From positions 2,112,001 through 2,176,000 of the forward strand of contig OZ242358.1 of assembly GCA_965208835.1 (NCBI GenBank): a stretch of 64,000 nt of DNA, in the 5' to 3' direction. Positions 49,136 to 60,529 of the stretch are shown here, piece by piece (position 1 is the first letter of the stretch; the number at the start of each line of letters is the position of its first letter). The notes beneath the pieces were generated by a model. That model was not told the origin of the DNA and did not search any database. It was given only the letters and a program-made list of their open reading frames with translations. The DNA comes from Candidatus Latescibacterota bacterium (GTDB lineage: Bacteria; Latescibacterota; UBA2968; GCA-2709665). The translations under genes were made by a program, and so were the position numbers.

Positions 49136-50365
49136 TCAGGTGCGGGACAGGTCCTGAACTACCCGCCAATCGGACTCCGTCATGTCGCTGTAATGCCAGT
49201 AGATGAGGGTGGTCAGTCCGCCCTGTACGACGGTGTTCAGCAGGTGTTCGAGTTCGCGGCTGTCCATGCGGACGCCGCCGTGATGCAGACCCATCCATGG
49301 TCGAATGCGTGAGACGTCGCCAAGCCGCTCCCGCATCTTGGTGATTTCGCTGAGGGCCACCTGCTCGAAGAACTCAGGGGGCAACGGAGCGTCAAGGTCG
49401 GCGAGGCATCTGACGCCGGGAACCCACAGGGCGAAGAGCTCACGCACACGGTCGAGCGCTTCCGGTTCGGTCATGCCGGGGTTCCAGGCGCACAGGGTTT
49501 CCGCCCAGCGGTACAAGGTGCCCTTCAGCCCATCGATCCCATGCTGCCAGAAATAGAGTTTCGGGCACTGGAAGTCGACGATTTCCGCAAGGCGTCCGTA
49601 ATTGTATCCTGTAAGCGGCGCGAAGGCGGGCAGGCGCGGACCGCACGCCACCTTGCGCGCCGGCTCCAGCGACTTGGCGGTGTCGGCAAACGCGCCGACG
49701 TAATTCTCGATGCTGTCGGTCTTGAAACGGATCCAGTCGAAGAGTCCGGGGTTCGAGATCAGTGCATCGAGGCCGTCGATCAGCCCGCGTTCCCGGCGTC
49801 CGGGCGGAAGGTTCCCCAGGCTCTTCAGACGGTCCTTCAGGCGTGTCCGCGCCTGCAACAGGACGTCGAAATTGTACCCCCATTCTCCGGCTCGCGCACG
49901 GCAGCAGTCGCAGTCACACTGGAACAGTTTGCTCCGGTCGAGTGCGATTTCGTACCCCCACTCGGGTCCGTCCAGGATGAATCCGTCCACCCCCGGGAAA
50001 CTCCGCACGACGTCTCGCGTCCGCGCGGGTCCGTACCTGAGTTTCTCCGGATCGTTGATGCACCCCGGGGCGGATTGCAGCCAATCGTGCAGGTACACGC
50101 CGAAATTCCGGTCCTTCGCACGCTCAACAGCCCGTTGGAGTGTTTTGAACCTGGGGATGTCTTCCGGCGCCATTTCCGGCGGACGGGTCTCGCATCCTCT
50201 GTAGAGTTCAGGCGAGGGCGGATACGCCGGCGATGACCCGAATCTCAGGTCGCCGAGCACGATCTTGTCGATGCCCACTTCTTCCAGGCGGTCCAGGATA
50301 CGGTCGGCGCCTTCTTCTTCGAAAGCGTCGATACGCCCGATAAACATCCAGATATCGAGTGACAT
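49136..50365 (-). CDS. Hypothetical protein, possible glycoside-hydrolase-like TIM barrel
   Basis: 409-aa ORF with VDGFILDGPEWG and FQCDCDCC; GAAGG-like spacing not clear; fold is inference. Confidence 0.65.
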   Translation of the reverse strand: MSLDIWMFIGRIDAFEEEGADRILDRLEEVGIDKIVLGDLRFGSSPAYPPSPELYRGCETRPPEMAPEDIPRFKTLQRAVERAKDRNFGVYLHDWLQSAPGCINDPEKLRYGPARTRDVVRSFPGVDGFILDGPEWGYEIALDRSKLFQCDCDCCRARAGEWGYNFDVLLQARTRLKDRLKSLGNLPPGRRERGLIDGLDALISNPGLFDWIRFKTDSIENYVGAFADTAKSLEPARKVACGPRLPAFAPLTGYNYGRLAEIVDFQCPKLYFWQHGIDGLKGTLYRWAETLCAWNPGMTEPEALDRVRELFALWVPGVRCLADLDAPLPPEFFEQVALSEITKMRERLGDVSRIRPWMGLHHGGVRMDSRELEHLLNTVVQGGLTTLIYWHYSDMTESDWRVVQDLSRT

Positions 50366-50380
50366 GGAAGGTCCACATAA

Positions 50381-50494
50381 GAAGCTGTCTTAAAATTCAC
50401 AGCGGTCTTCCCACGGCTGCGCGCCCCTCGTGCCTCTTAACCGCCACTTTTTCGCTCGCGCTCGGGAACTCACCGGAAATTTTAAGACAGTTTT
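50381..50494. mobile_element. MITE family A, copy 3 (114 bp, internally shortened)
   Basis: GAAGCTGTCTTAAAATT ... AATTTTAAGACAGTTTT; TAA on both sides; shares ccactttttcgctcgcgctcgggaactcaccgg. Confidence 0.85.
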
Positions 50495-50496
50495 TA

Positions 50497-50525
50497 AAGA
50501 AGGGCGGGTATGAAACCCCGCCCCC
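50497..50525 (-). terminator. Probable terminator after nadA
   Basis: gggcggg-N8-cccgccc followed on the minus strand by ttcttt. Confidence 0.55.
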
Positions 50526-50548
50526 CAAGGCCCGGACTGTTTGTAAAT

Positions 50549-51598
50549 TCAGCCGATTTCCAGCATCCGGTCCACCGCACGTCGGGCGCGGATGCGGATA
50601 TCTTCGGGTACTTCGATAATCTGCTCGTTGTTTTTAAGGGCGTTCAACGTGTCTTCCAGTGTGATTTCGTTCATATGCGGACAGCGGATACTGCAAAGCC
50701 GTACCATTTCCTTCTCGGGGTTTTCGGCCATGATATTGTCGCCCATGCTGCATTCCGTTAGCAGCAGATAACTCGATGCCTCGGTCTCCTGCACAAAGGC
50801 GCTCATTTTCGACGTGCTGCTGGAGAAGTCGGATGCGGCCACGACTTCGGGACTGCACTCCGGATGTGCGAGAACGAGTACCCCCGGGAACTGCTCGCGC
50901 ACGTTAGTGACGTCGTCCACCGTGAATTTCTCGTGTACTTCGCAGCGGCCGTGCCAGCCGATCATCTCGTATTCGAGTTCCGCGCGCGGAAGATCGGGTT
51001 CTTCACGCGTGGGGAAGATGATTCGCTTGCCGGTCTCCTGGGCCACGTTGGCCGCAAGATACTCGTCCGGAAGAAAGATGACGGTTTTGCTGCCGAGCGA
51101 ATCCACGACCCTCGCGGCGTTGCTGGACGTACAGCAGACGTCGCATTCCGCCTTGACGTCCGCATAGGTGTTGATGTACGTGACGATGGGCACGCCCGGG
51201 TATTCACGCCGGAGCTCTCGGACGTCGTCGGCGGTGATGCTTGCCGCCAGCGAACAACCCGCAATCCTGGCCGGCAGGAGTACGGTCTTGTCCGGGTTCA
51301 GAATCTTCGCGGTTTCCGCCATGAATCTCACGCCGCAGAAGACGATGGGGTCGCATTCGGTTTCAGCGGCTTTACGGCTGAGTTCGAGCGAATCGCCGAC
51401 CACGTCCGGCACGGTATGGAAGAGCGCCGGCTCCATGTAGTTGTGACCCAGGATAATGGCGCCACGCTCTCGTTTGAGACGGTTGATCTCGTAGACCAGT
51501 TCGGCTTTGTAAAGCAGCTCGATTTCCGGCACGATACCGCTGAGTTTGCGCTCCATGCGTTCGTACGTTTCCTGGAGCGTATCCGCCAGAATTGTCAT
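50549..51598 (-). CDS. nadA: Quinolinate synthase A
   Basis: LGHNY, GDSLELS, FCGVRFMAETAK, AGCSLA, YINT, CTSSN, CEVH, AHPEC, CPHM. Confidence 0.96.
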   Translation of the reverse strand: MTILADTLQETYERMERKLSGIVPEIELLYKAELVYEINRLKRERGAIILGHNYMEPALFHTVPDVVGDSLELSRKAAETECDPIVFCGVRFMAETAKILNPDKTVLLPARIAGCSLAASITADDVRELRREYPGVPIVTYINTYADVKAECDVCCTSSNAARVVDSLGSKTVIFLPDEYLAANVAQETGKRIIFPTREEPDLPRAELEYEMIGWHGRCEVHEKFTVDDVTNVREQFPGVLVLAHPECSPEVVAASDFSSSTSKMSAFVQETEASSYLLLTECSMGDNIMAENPEKEMVRLCSIRCPHMNEITLEDTLNALKNNEQIIEVPEDIRIRARRAVDRMLEIG

Positions 51599-51724
51599 TG
51601 AGAGAGTCTCCGCGGCGTCGGGAATGCGAAAAGGTTAGCGGTAAAGATAAACAAAGTTGGATGCATCGGCAAGGGCATAGGACCCGTGAATTTTCGTTTC
51701 GATCCGGGTGCAGCGCCGGCCCTT

Positions 51725-52783
51725 TCAGTCTGCAAGATCCTCGTGCCGCGAGCGTTTGAGGAGTTCCGCTTCCGCCGTACGCCTGTCCGCGTCGTTCCTG
51801 AGTGGCGTTATGGTGACCCCTGGCGCCGGCCTGGGTGAAAGGATTCGGCTGGCACCGGCGCGCTGCAGTTCCCGGATGACCGGTTCCGGGTCCGGCGCCA
51901 GCGCAATGATGGTGCCGCCTGCTCCTGCGCCGGCCAGCTTGGCACCCAGGGCCCCGGCATTCAACGCCGCTTGAATGAGACGTTCGTTCTCCGGGCCGGA
52001 GCCGCCAAGATCCCGCTGTATTTCGTGATTCTCCACCATCAGTTCGCCCAGGGTTCGCCAGTCTGCTTCCAGAAGGGCTCGTTTTCCCATTCGCGCCACG
52101 TGGGCAATGCGCAAATAGCTGCGGACGACTTCCCGGTCGCCTTCAAGCCAGCGCTCCCGGATCGGCTGGTGTACGCGTGCGGAGTTGCGTTTTATCCCCG
52201 TGTGGGCGAGGACGAAAGGATATTCGTCGACGAATGGCGCGAGTGGCTCGACGGTGGCGTAGGGTTCGTCGGCCAGCGCCCGGTAGAACTGCTTTTCCCG
52301 AAAATCCAGAAAGTTCAGCCCTCCGATCGTACACATGTACGCGTCCTGGTAGCCGCACAATACAAGGTAGTGCAACTCGATGTGGCGTGCCATTTCCGCG
52401 CGGTAGTATATATGGACCGACCGTCCCATGTAGGCCAGAACGGCATTGAGAATGGTTACGATCAGGGCCGAGGAACTTGACAGTCCCGCCCGGAAGGGGA
52501 CGTCGCACGCCCATCGCAGAGAAAACAGCGCGTTCTTCAGCTTGAGGTAGTCAACGACGGCCATCGCAACGTCGAAATATCCGCCATCGGGCTTAAGTTC
52601 GTCGGCGGGCAGGATCACACGGCGGTGGCCCGCGACCTCGAAGCTCAGAACGTCGGCGGGTTCGATGAGTACGACGGCGCGTTCCCGCGTGGAACAGGAG
52701 ATGACACTGCCACCATACATGTCGGTTGGATTGCCGATAATGCCCGCTCTGCCGGGCGCCGTACACATGTATGCCTCCGGCAT
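51725..52783 (-). CDS. GHMP-family sugar kinase, glucuronokinase-like
   Basis: APGRAGIIGNPTDMYGG, VPFRAGLSSSSA, CGYQD, GAKLAGAGAGG; ATG 52783 lies 2 nt after the upstream stop. Confidence 0.82.
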   Translation of the reverse strand: MPEAYMCTAPGRAGIIGNPTDMYGGSVISCSTRERAVVLIEPADVLSFEVAGHRRVILPADELKPDGGYFDVAMAVVDYLKLKNALFSLRWACDVPFRAGLSSSSALIVTILNAVLAYMGRSVHIYYRAEMARHIELHYLVLCGYQDAYMCTIGGLNFLDFREKQFYRALADEPYATVEPLAPFVDEYPFVLAHTGIKRNSARVHQPIRERWLEGDREVVRSYLRIAHVARMGKRALLEADWRTLGELMVENHEIQRDLGGSGPENERLIQAALNAGALGAKLAGAGAGGTIIALAPDPEPVIRELQRAGASRILSPRPAPGVTITPLRNDADRRTAEAELLKRSRHEDLAD

Positions 52784-52785
52784 GC

Positions 52786-53691
52786 TCAGAATTCCCTCAG
52801 CAATTTCTGAACATGCTGGCGGATGATATAGCCATGGCGCTGGTCCGAAATGGCGAAGTCGATGAACGCCTTGTAGTAGGATACCGGGTCGCCAATGCCG
52901 TAACGAAGCTCCTCTTTTTTCAGGCGGACACACCGTACCTTTCGGCCCATCTTGATCAGCGTGGCTATCGCGTCCGTCAACTCCAGTTTTCCACTTGGGC
53001 CTGGCAGGGTGTGCCGGATTGCGTCGAAGATCTCGGGATGAAACACATATCGGGCAGCGACTGCAAGGCGACTGGGCGCGTCGGCCGGGGACGGCTTTTC
53101 CACAATGCTCTCGATCTCGAAGTCCGTCCCGGCCCTGCCCCTGGGCTTGACGATGCCGTAATTGGGCACATCCGAAGGTTCCACCTCCACAACAGCGATG
53201 GTACACCGGGAATCGTGCTGGAAGTGGGACCTGATCATCCTCCGGATCAGGCCCGCGTGGCTGCCGGACTTGACAATGGTATCTCCGAGCGCCACCACGA
53301 ACGGGTCGTTTCCCGCAAAGTCCTCGGCTCCGCCGATGGCGTCACCTATTCCGGGAGGCGTGTGCCGCCCCGGAGGGATGAGCTGACGCGTGAAGAAAAA
53401 CCTCGCTGACTCACGTCCATAATCCACCGCGTCCAGCAGTTCCCGGTTTTCGCTTTCCGAAAGACGATTCAACAGTTCCGGGTCCCGATCGAAGTGGTCT
53501 TCGACAGGGCGTTTGTCGCGCCCCGTAATGAACAGGAATCGCGTAAGGCCCTGATCGACCATCTCTTCAACGACATATTGGACCACGGGTTTACACGCAA
53601 CCGGAAGCATCTCCTTGGGTTGCGACTTGGTGGCCGGAAGGAGCCCGGTGCCCATACCGGCCAGCGGGATCACGACCTTTTCAATTTCCAT
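52786..53691 (-). CDS. galU: GalU-like UTP-sugar-1-phosphate uridylyltransferase
   Basis: KVVIPLAGMGTGLLPATKSQPKEMLPV, EDHFD, VALGD, YGIV, VEKP, LTDAI. Confidence 0.8.
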   Translation of the reverse strand: MEIEKVVIPLAGMGTGLLPATKSQPKEMLPVACKPVVQYVVEEMVDQGLTRFLFITGRDKRPVEDHFDRDPELLNRLSESENRELLDAVDYGRESARFFFTRQLIPPGRHTPPGIGDAIGGAEDFAGNDPFVVALGDTIVKSGSHAGLIRRMIRSHFQHDSRCTIAVVEVEPSDVPNYGIVKPRGRAGTDFEIESIVEKPSPADAPSRLAVAARYVFHPEIFDAIRHTLPGPSGKLELTDAIATLIKMGRKVRCVRLKKEELRYGIGDPVSYYKAFIDFAISDQRHGYIIRQHVQKLLREF

Positions 53692-53704
53692 AAGTCGGAA
53701 CTCC

Positions 53705-53725
53705 CTGGGAATTTAAAACAGCTTT
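53705..53725. repeat. Isolated terminal fragment of MITE family A
   Basis: ctgggaatttaaaacagcttt versus the family end ctgggaattttaaaacagcttc. Confidence 0.55.
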
Positions 53726-53736
53726 CTGGTGGAACA

Positions 53737-53771
53737 CAAAAATCAGGGCGTGCCTGCTGCGGCACACCCTG
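53737..53771 (-). terminator. Probable terminator downstream of trxA
   Basis: Minus strand cagggtgtgcc-gcagca-ggcacgccctg-attttt. Confidence 0.65.
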
Positions 53772-53863
53772 TATTCGATGTGACGGTCATGGATCGTACC
53801 GCGGCCGTTTATTCCGCCCACACCGGCGCGTCAGCGAGTTCGAGTCCGTTCGGCTGGCGTTAA

Positions 53864-54023
53864 CAGCCCGTTGAAAAAGCCCATCCGGTCTGCGGCCGGC
53901 CCTTGCGGTCGAAATACTGCGTTGCGCTCCCTCGCCTAATCGCTGGATGGGACTCTGTCGCGCGCCTTGTCTTCGGCCACAATGGCTCGGCCTCGCCTGC
54001 AGAGCGACTTTATCAACGGACTG
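53864..54023. mobile_element. MITE family B, copy 2 (160 bp, inverted)
   Basis: Reverse complement is near-identical to 9254-9413; flanks TTAA/TTAT. Confidence 0.88.
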
Positions 54024-54123
54024 TTATCGGACGAGGCAACCGGTGGGGGTCCCGGCCCGGCAGGGCTTGGTAATACAATGCGTAGTGCCCGACCAGGTGT
54101 TCCTTTGACTCCGGGCACCTTGC

Positions 54124-54447
54124 TTACAATACGGCCTCGAGTTTTTCAACCAGCTGTTTCTTCGGTACCGCGCCGACAACCTGGTCGGCCAATTCGCCGT
54201 TTTTGAATATGAGAAGCGTCGGGATACTGCGGATACCGAAGTCGGCGGCGATTTTCTGCTCTGAGTCCACGTCGACTTTGCCAACCTTGATCCGGCCCTC
54301 GTATTCGACGGCGAGTTCGTCGACAATAGGCGCAACCATGCGGCAGGGCCCGCACCACACGGCCCAGAAGTCCACGAGCACCGGAAGGGAGGAATCGACC
54401 ACTTCAGTCTTAAAGCTATCGTCGGTTATGGTTATAGGATTTCCCAC
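54124..54447 (-). CDS. trxA: Thioredoxin
   Basis: [22 protein letters not shown]; GTG start 54447 after AAAGGTGG. Confidence 0.96.
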   Translation of the reverse strand: MGNPITITDDSFKTEVVDSSLPVLVDFWAVWCGPCRMVAPIVDELAVEYEGRIKVGKVDVDSEQKIAADFGIRSIPTLLIFKNGELADQVVGAVPKKQLVEKLEAVL

Positions 54448-54650
54448 CGTGCCCACCACCTTTCGTTAATTGGTTCAATTTACCACTAGAATCTTTGCAT
54501 TGAAACGTCGGCCGTCTCATCGACGTTCCTCCAAAACGACCCGGCGGATCCGGACCTCTACACGAATTGTCAAATCTACCAAGTTTTCGGGATCGTGTCA
54601 AGAATCAGAAGAACGGGGAAGCCCGCTTGAAGGCTTGCCCCGGTACGGAA

Positions 54651-55721
54651 TCAGCCGGACGGACCGGAACACATGCGGCAGATGAGTTGTGTGAGCGTGG
54701 CGGCTGGGGCGCGAGACCGGGACTTCAGGCGATTGTCCGCGTTCAGGAGCGCTTCGTAAGCGTGCCAGAGGTTTTTTTCGTCGAAACGGGCCGCCTGGTC
54801 GAGGTATCTGGAGACAAAGAATGGAGGAACCTTCAGTTTTCCTGCCAGTTCGGACCGTGGCAGATCCTGATTTCTGAGCCACCGGGCCTTGCGGAGAATA
54901 CCGATGTGCCGGACGAGCATCGCGACGATTGCCACCGGACTGTCGCCGCGGTCCAGAAGGTGATGCAGCACGGTCAGTGCATCACCGGTTTTCCGTTTCC
55001 CCACTGCATCGGCGAGTTCAAACACCGTCGCTTTTCGCGAAGCGCCGGCCACCTGGGCGACGTCTTCTTGCGTAATGGTATCGCGTCCATTCGTATAAAT
55101 GGCCAGTTTTTGGAGTTCACTGACCAGTTCGCCCGGATTCGGCCCCACGCCAAGGTGTAGCACGTGCGCGGCTTCGGGTTCGATCGTCTTATTCATTGCA
55201 GCCGCCCGTCTGCGAATCCACTGTGGGAGCTCATTTTCGAAAGGTGGCTTGAATTCCACCGAAACGGCGTTCTTTCGCAATGCGACGGACAGCTTCTTGC
55301 GGCCGTCCAGTTTGTCCGCGGTGAATACAAGAACGGTGGTCTCAACGGGATTTTCGATAAGGGGCAGGAGCGTTCGCGCTTCGGTGTCACGCAAGCGTTC
55401 CAGGCGCTTGATCACGACAACCCGCCGCGCCGCCATCATCGGAAAGGCGGTTGCCCGGCCGACTGCGTCGGCCGCGTCCATATCCTCGCCGTGGAAGATA
55501 TCCAGGTTGAACGCACCTGACGCGGGATCGACGGCGGCGTCCACAAGGGCTTTCAGGCTTTCTTCCTTACTGACGTTCTCAGACCCGTGCAGCAGATACA
55601 GCGGCGCGAATTCGCCACTTTTGATCTGTGCGGTCAGTCTGTCGTGCGCGTTGGCGGATCTGGGTCTGGATCTGGCCAAGGTCGAGGTCAACCTCAAAGA
55701 TGCGGACGCGCCATACGGCAT
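54651..55721 (-). CDS. holA: DNA polymerase III subunit delta
   Basis: PLYLLHGSE, FNLDIFHG, FPMMAARRVVVIK, DGRKK, SELQKL, VFELADA; true start may be slightly later. Confidence 0.9.
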   Translation of the reverse strand: MPYGASASLRLTSTLARSRPRSANAHDRLTAQIKSGEFAPLYLLHGSENVSKEESLKALVDAAVDPASGAFNLDIFHGEDMDAADAVGRATAFPMMAARRVVVIKRLERLRDTEARTLLPLIENPVETTVLVFTADKLDGRKKLSVALRKNAVSVEFKPPFENELPQWIRRRAAAMNKTIEPEAAHVLHLGVGPNPGELVSELQKLAIYTNGRDTITQEDVAQVAGASRKATVFELADAVGKRKTGDALTVLHHLLDRGDSPVAIVAMLVRHIGILRKARWLRNQDLPRSELAGKLKVPPFFVSRYLDQAARFDEKNLWHAYEALLNADNRLKSRSRAPAATLTQLICRMCSGPSG

Positions 55722-55767
55722 GTCCGGCGCATTTGCTTGCGGGCATTAAACCGGCGGTGTGAGAGCA

Positions 55768-55959
55768 TCAACTATCGAGGTCGCGGAATTCGGCATCCGT
55801 GACCCGATCCTTATTGATTCGCCAGGATGCCTTCTTGCCGTTGGTGCGGGAACCGTCTCTAGACGTAAAGGCCCATCGAAGTGAAGAGCGCAGAACGTCT
55901 CGAAACACGCGGTATACCAGACCCAGAAACAGGACGAAAAGGAAGATACGCAGCAACAT
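55768..55959 (-). CDS. Small single-TM hypothetical protein
   Basis: N-terminal TM helix and C-terminal VTDAEFRD motif; GGGAG RBS. Confidence 0.65.
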   Translation of the reverse strand: MLLRIFLFVLFLGLVYRVFRDVLRSSLRWAFTSRDGSRTNGKKASWRINKDRVTDAEFRDLDS

Positions 55960-55975
55960 GGCTAACTCCCGCTTG

Positions 55976-56161
55976 GAGGTTGTCTTAAAATTACCGGTGA
56001 GTTCCCGAGCGCGAGCGAAAAAGTGACGGGCAAGGCGGGAAAATTCGCCTATGAGAGGCGAGCAAGCGCAGCCTCGATCTCGTAAGACGGGCGGGTTTGA
56101 GCAACGCCGCCCGGCGCTTTTGCAGCCGCGCGAAGACCGCTGGGAATTTTAAAACAGCTTC
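55976..56161. mobile_element. MITE family A, copy 4 (186 bp, longer central part)
   Basis: GAGGTTGTCTTAAAATT ... AATTTTAAAACAGCTTC; its end overlaps the purM stop codon. Confidence 0.85.
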
Positions 56162-57204
56162 TAAAGGATTTGGACGCCGGAAGCGGTGTCGGTGACGACT
56201 TCACCGATAATGTAGCCTTCATCACCATTTCGATTCAGCTGCTCGATCGCTTGTTCAGCCTGACTCGACGGTACGACGAGTACCATGCCCATGCCCATAT
56301 TGAACACGCGAAACATCTCGTCGACGTGGATGTTGTCTCCCACCCTCTGCAGGAGGCTGAACACAGGCGGTTCGGGCCAGGTACCCCTGAGAATACGTGC
56401 GCCAAGCCCGTCCGGAAGGGTGCGTGGCAGGTTATCCACGATGCCTCCTCCGGTGATGTGGGCCATCCCCCTTAAGGTCACGGCTTCCATGAGACCGAAC
56501 ACGGACGAAACGTAACTCCGGTGGGGAGCCAGCAGGATCTCGCCGATCGTGCCGCCGAGTTCGTCCAGCTGTGTGCCGACGCCCCATCCCGCGGTTTCGA
56601 ACAGGAGTCTGCGCGCCAGTGAATAACCGTTGGTGTGGAGTCCGGACGACGGCAGTGCGATGAGTTTGTCCCCCGGCTGCACCCGGGAGCCGTCCAGAAT
56701 GTCTTCCCGGTTGACAATGCCCACGATCGTACCCGCCAGGTCATATTCCCCCTCCGCGTAGAAGTCGGGCATTTCCGCCATTTCGCCGCCCAGCAGAGCG
56801 CATCCGCAGGCTTTACAACCGTTTGCGATTCCCTCAACGACGGCCTCGGCCACGGCGGAATCGTGTTTCCCCATGGCGAGGTAGTCCAGGAAGAAGAGCG
56901 GGCGCGCGCCCTGCACAAGGATGTCATTGGCGCAATGGGCGACAAGGTCGGCTCCGACCGTATTGTGGATACCGGTCAGAAACGCGATTTTCAGCTTGGT
57001 GCCCACACCATCCGTACCCGCTACCAGGACAGGGTCCCGGTAAGCGTCCCATCGGGGTGCAAAGAGGCCGCCGAAACCGCCGATGTCGGCAAGTACTTCC
57101 GGGCCGAACGTCGATCGTACCAATGCGGCGATACCCCGCTTGGTGCGACCGGCACCCTCAATATTCACGCCGGCGGCCGCGTATGCGTCTGACTTTCCCG
57201 GCAT
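56161..57204 (-). CDS. purM: Phosphoribosylformylglycinamidine cyclo-ligase (AIR synthase)
   Basis: YAAAGVNI, GGFGGLF, TDGVGTK, FFLDY, GGEMAEMP, SSGLHTNGYSL, HITGGG, FNMGMG. Confidence 0.96.
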   Translation of the reverse strand: MPGKSDAYAAAGVNIEGAGRTKRGIAALVRSTFGPEVLADIGGFGGLFAPRWDAYRDPVLVAGTDGVGTKLKIAFLTGIHNTVGADLVAHCANDILVQGARPLFFLDYLAMGKHDSAVAEAVVEGIANGCKACGCALLGGEMAEMPDFYAEGEYDLAGTIVGIVNREDILDGSRVQPGDKLIALPSSGLHTNGYSLARRLLFETAGWGVGTQLDELGGTIGEILLAPHRSYVSSVFGLMEAVTLRGMAHITGGGIVDNLPRTLPDGLGARILRGTWPEPPVFSLLQRVGDNIHVDEMFRVFNMGMGMVLVVPSSQAEQAIEQLNRNGDEGYIIGEVVTDTASGVQIL

Positions 57205-57279
57205 CGGTTTTCCTTCGGCGGGTCGTTTGTGATTTAACAGGGAATGGGAATGTGGCTTTCCGTCACGGCTGAGGTATTC

Positions 57280-58281
57280 CTAACCGACTCCGCCGCCGCG
57301 ACCTGATTCGCGGAAAACAGTCGGAGGCGCGCCATTTCCGGAGCGCGACGGGCCCGCGTCCGAATGAACCTGTTGCATTCCCTCGGGTGTACTGCATCCG
57401 GTACCGGAGGCAGCCACGATCTGTTCCGCGACACGAACGGCTTGAACCGCGGCGCCCACGTCGTGTACACGCACGACGTGGGCGCCCGCGGCCGCGGAGA
57501 AACCCACGGCGGCCAGAGTGCCGTGCAGCCGTGCCTCTGGCGGAAGATCCAGTGCAGCGCCGGTGAATTTTTTGCGCGAAGGCCCGATCATCAGAGGGCA
57601 GCCGAGGTCATGGAATTCTTCAAGCCGGGCAAGAATCTCAAAATTGTGGGCATTTTGTTTACCAAATCCCAGGCCGGGGTCGATCAGAATCCGGCCGGGA
57701 TGGATGCCCGCTTCGATGGCCGCGGTCTTGCGCTCGTCGAGAAAATCGAGGATTTCGCGGATCAGGTTGTCATACGCCGGCTTGATCTGCATGGTCAGGG
57801 GCGTACCCTTCATGTGCATGAGAACAACCGCGGCCTCCGATTGCGCGATCGTTGCGCCCATGAGAGGATCGAAACGCATGGCGCTGATGTCGTTTACGAT
57901 AGATGCGCCCAACCGCAAAGCGCTTTGCGCGACAGACGCTTTGGTCGTGTCAATGGAGATGATCAGATTGGTTCTGGCTGCGATCTCTTCGATGACAGGT
58001 GCAGTACGGCGAATTTCCTCATCCGCAGAGACGGTTTGGGCGCCGGCCCCGTACGTTCCCGCCGGACGTGTGGACTCGCCGCCCACGTCGATGATGTCCG
58101 CGCCTTCTTCGGCCATCAGAAGCGCGCGTTCAATGGCATGCGGCGGCTTGAAATAACGTCCACCGTCGGCAAACGAATCGGGCGTCACGTTGAGAATCCC
58201 CATGATGAGGGTCCGTGAGCCCAGATTGAGGATGTTTCCCCGACAGTCGAGCCGACGGCCGGGGGATCTTACGTATTGCAT
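57280..58281 (-). CDS. folP: Dihydropteroate synthase
   Basis: MGILNVTPDSFADGG, DVGGESTRP, SIDT, LMHM, DPGLGFGK, SRK, RVHDV. Confidence 0.95.
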   Translation of the reverse strand: MQYVRSPGRRLDCRGNILNLGSRTLIMGILNVTPDSFADGGRYFKPPHAIERALLMAEEGADIIDVGGESTRPAGTYGAGAQTVSADEEIRRTAPVIEEIAARTNLIISIDTTKASVAQSALRLGASIVNDISAMRFDPLMGATIAQSEAAVVLMHMKGTPLTMQIKPAYDNLIREILDFLDERKTAAIEAGIHPGRILIDPGLGFGKQNAHNFEILARLEEFHDLGCPLMIGPSRKKFTGAALDLPPEARLHGTLAAVGFSAAAGAHVVRVHDVGAAVQAVRVAEQIVAASGTGCSTPEGMQQVHSDAGPSRSGNGAPPTVFRESGRGGGVG

Positions 58282-58358
58282 GTTGACACCGGAAATACAA
58301 AAGGATGGCAAAATGACACAGCGTTTTACCATCCCTCAATGAAACCCGAGTACCGCGT

Positions 58359-60506
<2,148 letters not shown>

Positions 60507-60529
60507 AACTACCGCCTTGACGATATTGC

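Noticed and set aside
50359-50619. Small ORFs overlapping MITEs (also 9138-9578, 9248-9448, 53936-54206, 24961-25164)
   Set aside because: They are translations of the repeat elements, not independent genes.
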